In this document: one piece after another, positions 59,097 through 64,000 of the stretch | How the letters are laid out: every line of letters starts with the position of its first letter | Numbering within the stretch: the first letter of the stretch is position 1 | Assembly: GCF_022539665.2 (NCBI RefSeq) | Contig: NC_081332.1 | Location: 3,038,001 to 3,102,000 of the forward strand | Source: Daphnia carinata | Taxonomy: Eukaryota | DNA length: 64,000 nt | Direction: 5' to 3' | Position numbers and translations under genes: made by a program | Notes under the pieces: model-generated | The model's input: the letters and a program-made list of their open reading frames with translations, nothing else | The model's database searches: none | What the model was told of the DNA's origin: nothing

Positions 59097-62000
59097 AACT
59101 CTTTTGGGGATCGATCCCAAATCATTCGACTTACGAAGCCAATGCTCTACCATTGAGCCATGAGTCACATTCTGCTGACAACCATTTTTGCAAGTCATCT
59201 TTAGACAACTTATTACACATATTCAATAAATATAATATAATAAACATAAAAGTATTTAATGCATGTATTCCCATAACTTTAGCAATGCCTACGATTTGAA
59301 ACCTAGTCTTCTCATACCGTAGCCGGATTCTCTACACATAAGCTATAACATTTTTGAAATGTATGGTCAGACTAACCAATGGTATAGCGAAGCGTCATCT
59401 TTTACACATTTTCAAAAATTTGAGTGACAGTTAAAATATAATATATTTTATTCAATTTTCATTTTAACCCCTTAATGGAGTTGAACCTTTGTCTTCTGAC
59501 ATGGTAGCCGGACCCTCTACAGACATGCCATGAAACATATACATTAATTGGTCAGACTGCCAAATAGTATAGCAAAGTGTAAATGCTATAGCAAGGTTAA
59601 ATATAAGTAACAGTAAAAATTTGTTACGTTTAATTAATGCTTTTTTGTTATTTCTATACCTTACTGGATTTGAACCTCAAAGTTCTCACACCGTAATTGG
59701 AGCCTCTACACATACGCCATGCTACACATACACTCACTGGTCAGACTGACAAATAGTATAGCAAGATTAAAACATTAACTATACAATATTTTCGTGCGTT
59801 GACTCAAGGTATAAAACCTTGAAATTGTAAGTGACTATAGCTCAATGGTTGAGCATCGGCAAGCTACGCCGAATATTAGGGTTCAATACCACAGAGTTAC
59901 GGAAAATTCAATGGTTGTCAAATTGTGTATAGTTGTTGTATGTAGTGTCAATTGTGTAAATGTTTCAGTTATAATAAATTGTGTAAAATGAATATGTATA
60001 TGTTTCCCTGGTGATAAAAATACAGACTATAAACGAAAACTTAAATCGGTACTTCTAATATACACGAGGTTAAATCACAATATAATCGTCATTACATTAA
60101 AACTTACTAACCTTTCGCTAATCAAACGCTAGGAAAAAGGAGACAACAAAACACAACACATACAACATTACAGACAGCAGAAAAAATAAAAAAACAATAA
60201 ATTCAACGAGGGAAAAACCCCACAAAATTTACAAGTACCATATATAAGAACTTAAGCTTTTATCACCCAGTTTTTCTATGAAGAGTTTCTTTTGCACAAG
60301 ACAGTGTACATTTGTTAACGTCACACAGTTTCATTTGTTGCAAGATAAGTTTAATTTTTTTTACTGATATTACAACATTACATTTTGACAGAGTTATGCA
60401 ATGTTAAACCTTAGTACAAGGTTTGCCACAGTTTAACAACTTTCTGCAATGTCACGAATAAGATTTAGCAGCTTCATGTGAAACATGTTTAACAGCGTTG
60501 TAAAACATCTAATTTCTTTAGTAAAACCGCCCGGCTTGGATCACAATTTGTGTAGCGAGTAATGAGCTGTTTTTTATTAACTCCATGTTCATTTTTATCG
60601 GACACGAAACCCGAACACAAGCGATGATTTGTTTTGAAGGCGATTAGTATTCATACAATTACATCAATATAGTATTAAGCGTCATTACTATTAACGTTCG
60701 GCATATATTTAATTTGTAATCCATTTTCAATAAGCTAAACATCTAAATAACAACATCTAAATAAATAATCGTTAACATGAAATTGTCAAATATGTACCGA
60801 TATCCTTGGTTTGCATAACTTTCTTCACTGCACTAAAAAAACTGAGGTGAGAACTCGTGTGCAGACGTTTGTGAGACAGCGTTGCAACACATCCGTTGAG
60901 GAAAACTGTGAGACCAATCAGCCCCACAAACCCGTATCGCTCGAACCGATTTCTTGTTCAGCGGGTTTTTCATTCTTGCCTATGCGACAGGTCGGAACGG
61001 TTGCTGCCCCATCACGTTTTGTCGGGTTGTCAAATCGGGGTTTACAACCCGATCGCACGCGATTTATATATTACTCAAGTCAAGAAACCATACTCAAAAG
61101 AGTATGCTGACATAAAATAGATTTATTTTGTTTTACTTTTTATTTTAGAAGTAGCAAGTGTTAGTAAACCTGCACCAACTAAATCCTTGGCCTGAAACCA
61201 ATGTGAGCAGGCCTACATTACCTGATACGCTAACCCCAACCCGGTGCAAAAAAGCAAACAAACCGTGAGTGAACCGTGGGGTACAGGTGTAGTGAATTTG
61301 CGTGCTCAGTCAAAGTTAAAACTAAGCCGTCATGCATAAGGAAAAACAAAGGTAAGGAATATAGGACAAGAGCAACATACTTGTAAAACACACGAGTAAC
61401 ATGGAATAAAGTAGAAAAATGCCAATTAGGCAATACTCAACCGTACCATCTTTTTTTCCCCATCGACCTAATGGGCGTGTACGACGGGATGGGCAGCGAT
61501 TTCCGTTGCTCCAACGACACCCTACGACGTCCAGTGATCCTATTCGACAACGACGGAGCCCTCCTAAATACATAAAAAAAAAAACATGATTAGGCAAATA
61601 AACATGTAAAGAAATATACCTGAAACATCTATTGCGATAACCTCGTTGCTCCAGCGGCGATCCTCGATATCCAGCATCCTCTCAGATGGTGGTAAGGCCC
61701 TCCTAAATACATAACAAGATGAGATCATAGTGTAAAACGTATAACTTTGAATGAAATACTTGACGATTTTGGGTGACGATACTGGTGCCTCCTACGGCAA
61801 ACCATGCTGGCCAGTGATCCTCTTCGGCGATGATGCCGCCCTCGTAAACACATAAAAAACAAAATAAATGAGTGGTGTAAGACTTAAGAATTTCAATGAA
61901 ATACTTGACAATGTTGGGCGACGATCCTGGTAGCTCCGACGGCGAACCTCGTAGTCTAGTAATCCTCTTCGGCGATGATGGAACCCTCCTAATTACAAAA

Positions 62001-63844
62001 CAAAAACATGAATACACAATTATACGAGTAAATGATATACCTGAAACATCCACGGCGACGATATCGATGCTCCAGCGTCCTTTTTGGTGGTGGTGAAGCC
62101 CTCTTCGAAGCCCAAAAAACACGATTAAACACTTAGCGTTAATTTTTTAAAAACCCACAATACCCATGCCGACAATGTCGTTGCTACAGCGTCGAATCTC
62201 GATGTCCAGCATCGTCTCTTATGATGGTGCGGCCCTCCTAAATACATAAAAACAAAATGAGATCATAATGTAAAACTTATAACTTTGAATTAAATACTTG
62301 ACCATTTTGGGCGATTATCCTGGTGAACCCGACGGCGAAACACGTTGTCCAATGGTCCTCCTCGGCGATGATGGCGCCCTCCTAAATACATAAAAACAAA
62401 ATAAATTAATGGTTAATGAATTGACAGTAAAAATTTTCGATAAAATACGTGACAATTTTGAGCGACGATCCTGGTGGCTCCAACGGCGTACTTCGTTGTC
62501 CAGTTACCCTCTTCGGTGATGATGTGGGCCATCCTAAATACATTTAAAAAACATGTTTAGACACTTAAACGTGTAAAACATATACCTTAAATATCCATTG
62601 CGACGATCTTGTTACTCCAGCGGCGATCCACGATGTCCAGCATCCTCTTCGATGATGGTGAGGCCCTCCTAAATACATAAAAACAAAATAAATCATAGAT
62701 CACAACCTAAGACTTTCAATTAAATACTTCACAATTTTGGGCGATAATTCCAGGAGGCTTCGAAAGCGAACCTCGTTGTCGAGTGGCCCACCTCGGAGAT
62801 GATGTGGACCGTCCGAAATACATAAAGAAACACGATTAAACACTTTAAATTGTGAAAGTAATACCTGGCAATCCTTGGCAGCTCCAGTGGTTATCCCCGA
62901 CGTCCAGTAATCCTCATCGGTAGCGTTGCCAACCCTCTTATACACAAATTACTACATAGAATAGTAATGCACTTCAATTTTTGAATACCTTGTAATTTTG
63001 GACTAGAATCCTGGTGATGACCTTCGTTGTCCAAAGGTCCTCTTCAGTGGAGCTATGGCCTTCCTAGGCACATAACATTTAAAGAAAAAATCATGATGAG
63101 ATACCGAGTTTTTAAATATATACCTCAGAATCCTGGGCGGTATTCCAATGGCTGCGACGGCGATCTTCGTTGCCCTTCAGCCCCAGAGATTACCCTGCTG
63201 ATTGTACAGAAACGAGAAAAAAAAAATTTTTTTTTACATTTGAACAGCAACAAATTTCATCTTAATTTTAACAGACATCAGGTACACAAATTACAGTTAC
63301 ATGGAGAAAAATTTTTTTAAAAAAAATTGGCCGGATTGGCGGTTCATGTGTAAATTGTGTTAAGAAGTTGAAATGTACAATTGTTTGTAAGAAAAAAAAT
63401 GGTTAGCGAACGACCACTACGGTTAATAATTGCATAAAACAGTGAAAGAAAATGGCTGAGATAGTGTTGTGCAAAGGTAACGAATTGAGGTGGACTACGC
63501 TTACGCCTTACTCTTAACTTAACTTTAGGCCTACTTATCCTTAACTTAATCTATTTCATCTAGACTTATACTACCCAACTAATCAAGGCCAGTGCAGAGG
63601 CTAACCCAGGTGCTGATGCAGTGCGTTATTGATGAATCTACAATTTGCGAAAGCTAAGAGCACGTGCGAAAGTTCTAAGAATATTTAGACGTGGATTGCA
63701 AGCAACAAATCTACACTAGTGCACAGCGTGCAGGTGAAAGAGCTACTGAGCTTCTAGCTTCTTTTTTTTTCCTTCCTCCCCCCTTCCCTCTCCTTTTTGT
63801 GTATGCCCGAGGTTCTTCGTCTGTTTTAGGCACTTGGAAACAAA

Positions 63845-63921
<77 letters not shown>

Positions 63922-64000
63922 AAAAACCTAAGGTCAATCGATGGGGAATGGCTATAACCTCGGGCTCACCTGGAAATAAAAATTTGTCCTTCAACCTATC
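59097..64000. repeat. Right arm of giant inverted repeat
   Basis: The last bases ...TTCAACCTATC are the reverse complement of GATAGGTTGAA at 53005. Differences are a few substitutions and a longer poly-A tract. Confidence 0.97.

Overview
Eukaryotic, gene-dense arthropod DNA. Short 55-100 bp introns, long A/T tracts and an intact selenoprotein suggest a branchiopod crustacean such as Daphnia (inference, not searched). Bases 1-12 kb are non-coding and rich in GACGTGG motifs, upstream of a two-catalytic-domain GH18 chitinase. A compact gene cluster follows: Nup88, a THAP protein, Orai (long and short starts), CCT6, Lin-7, an orphan secreted Cys-rich precursor, HMGB, selenoprotein M, IQCD/DRC10-like, VPS37 and DNAJC30. 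The selenoprotein M gene is split in the ORF track; it has an in-frame UGA, a 3'UTR SECIS and a U12-type intron. Two non-autonomous TIR elements are present: 3.2 kb, and 662 bp with a 7-bp TSD. From about 53.0 kb to the window end lies a giant palindrome with arms of at least 5 kb. Each arm holds about 12 tandem exon/intron-like modules and a set of tRNA-like Pol III cassettes around a ~0.9 kb spacer containing a candidate structured RNA. Exon boundaries were read by eye and may be off by a few bases.
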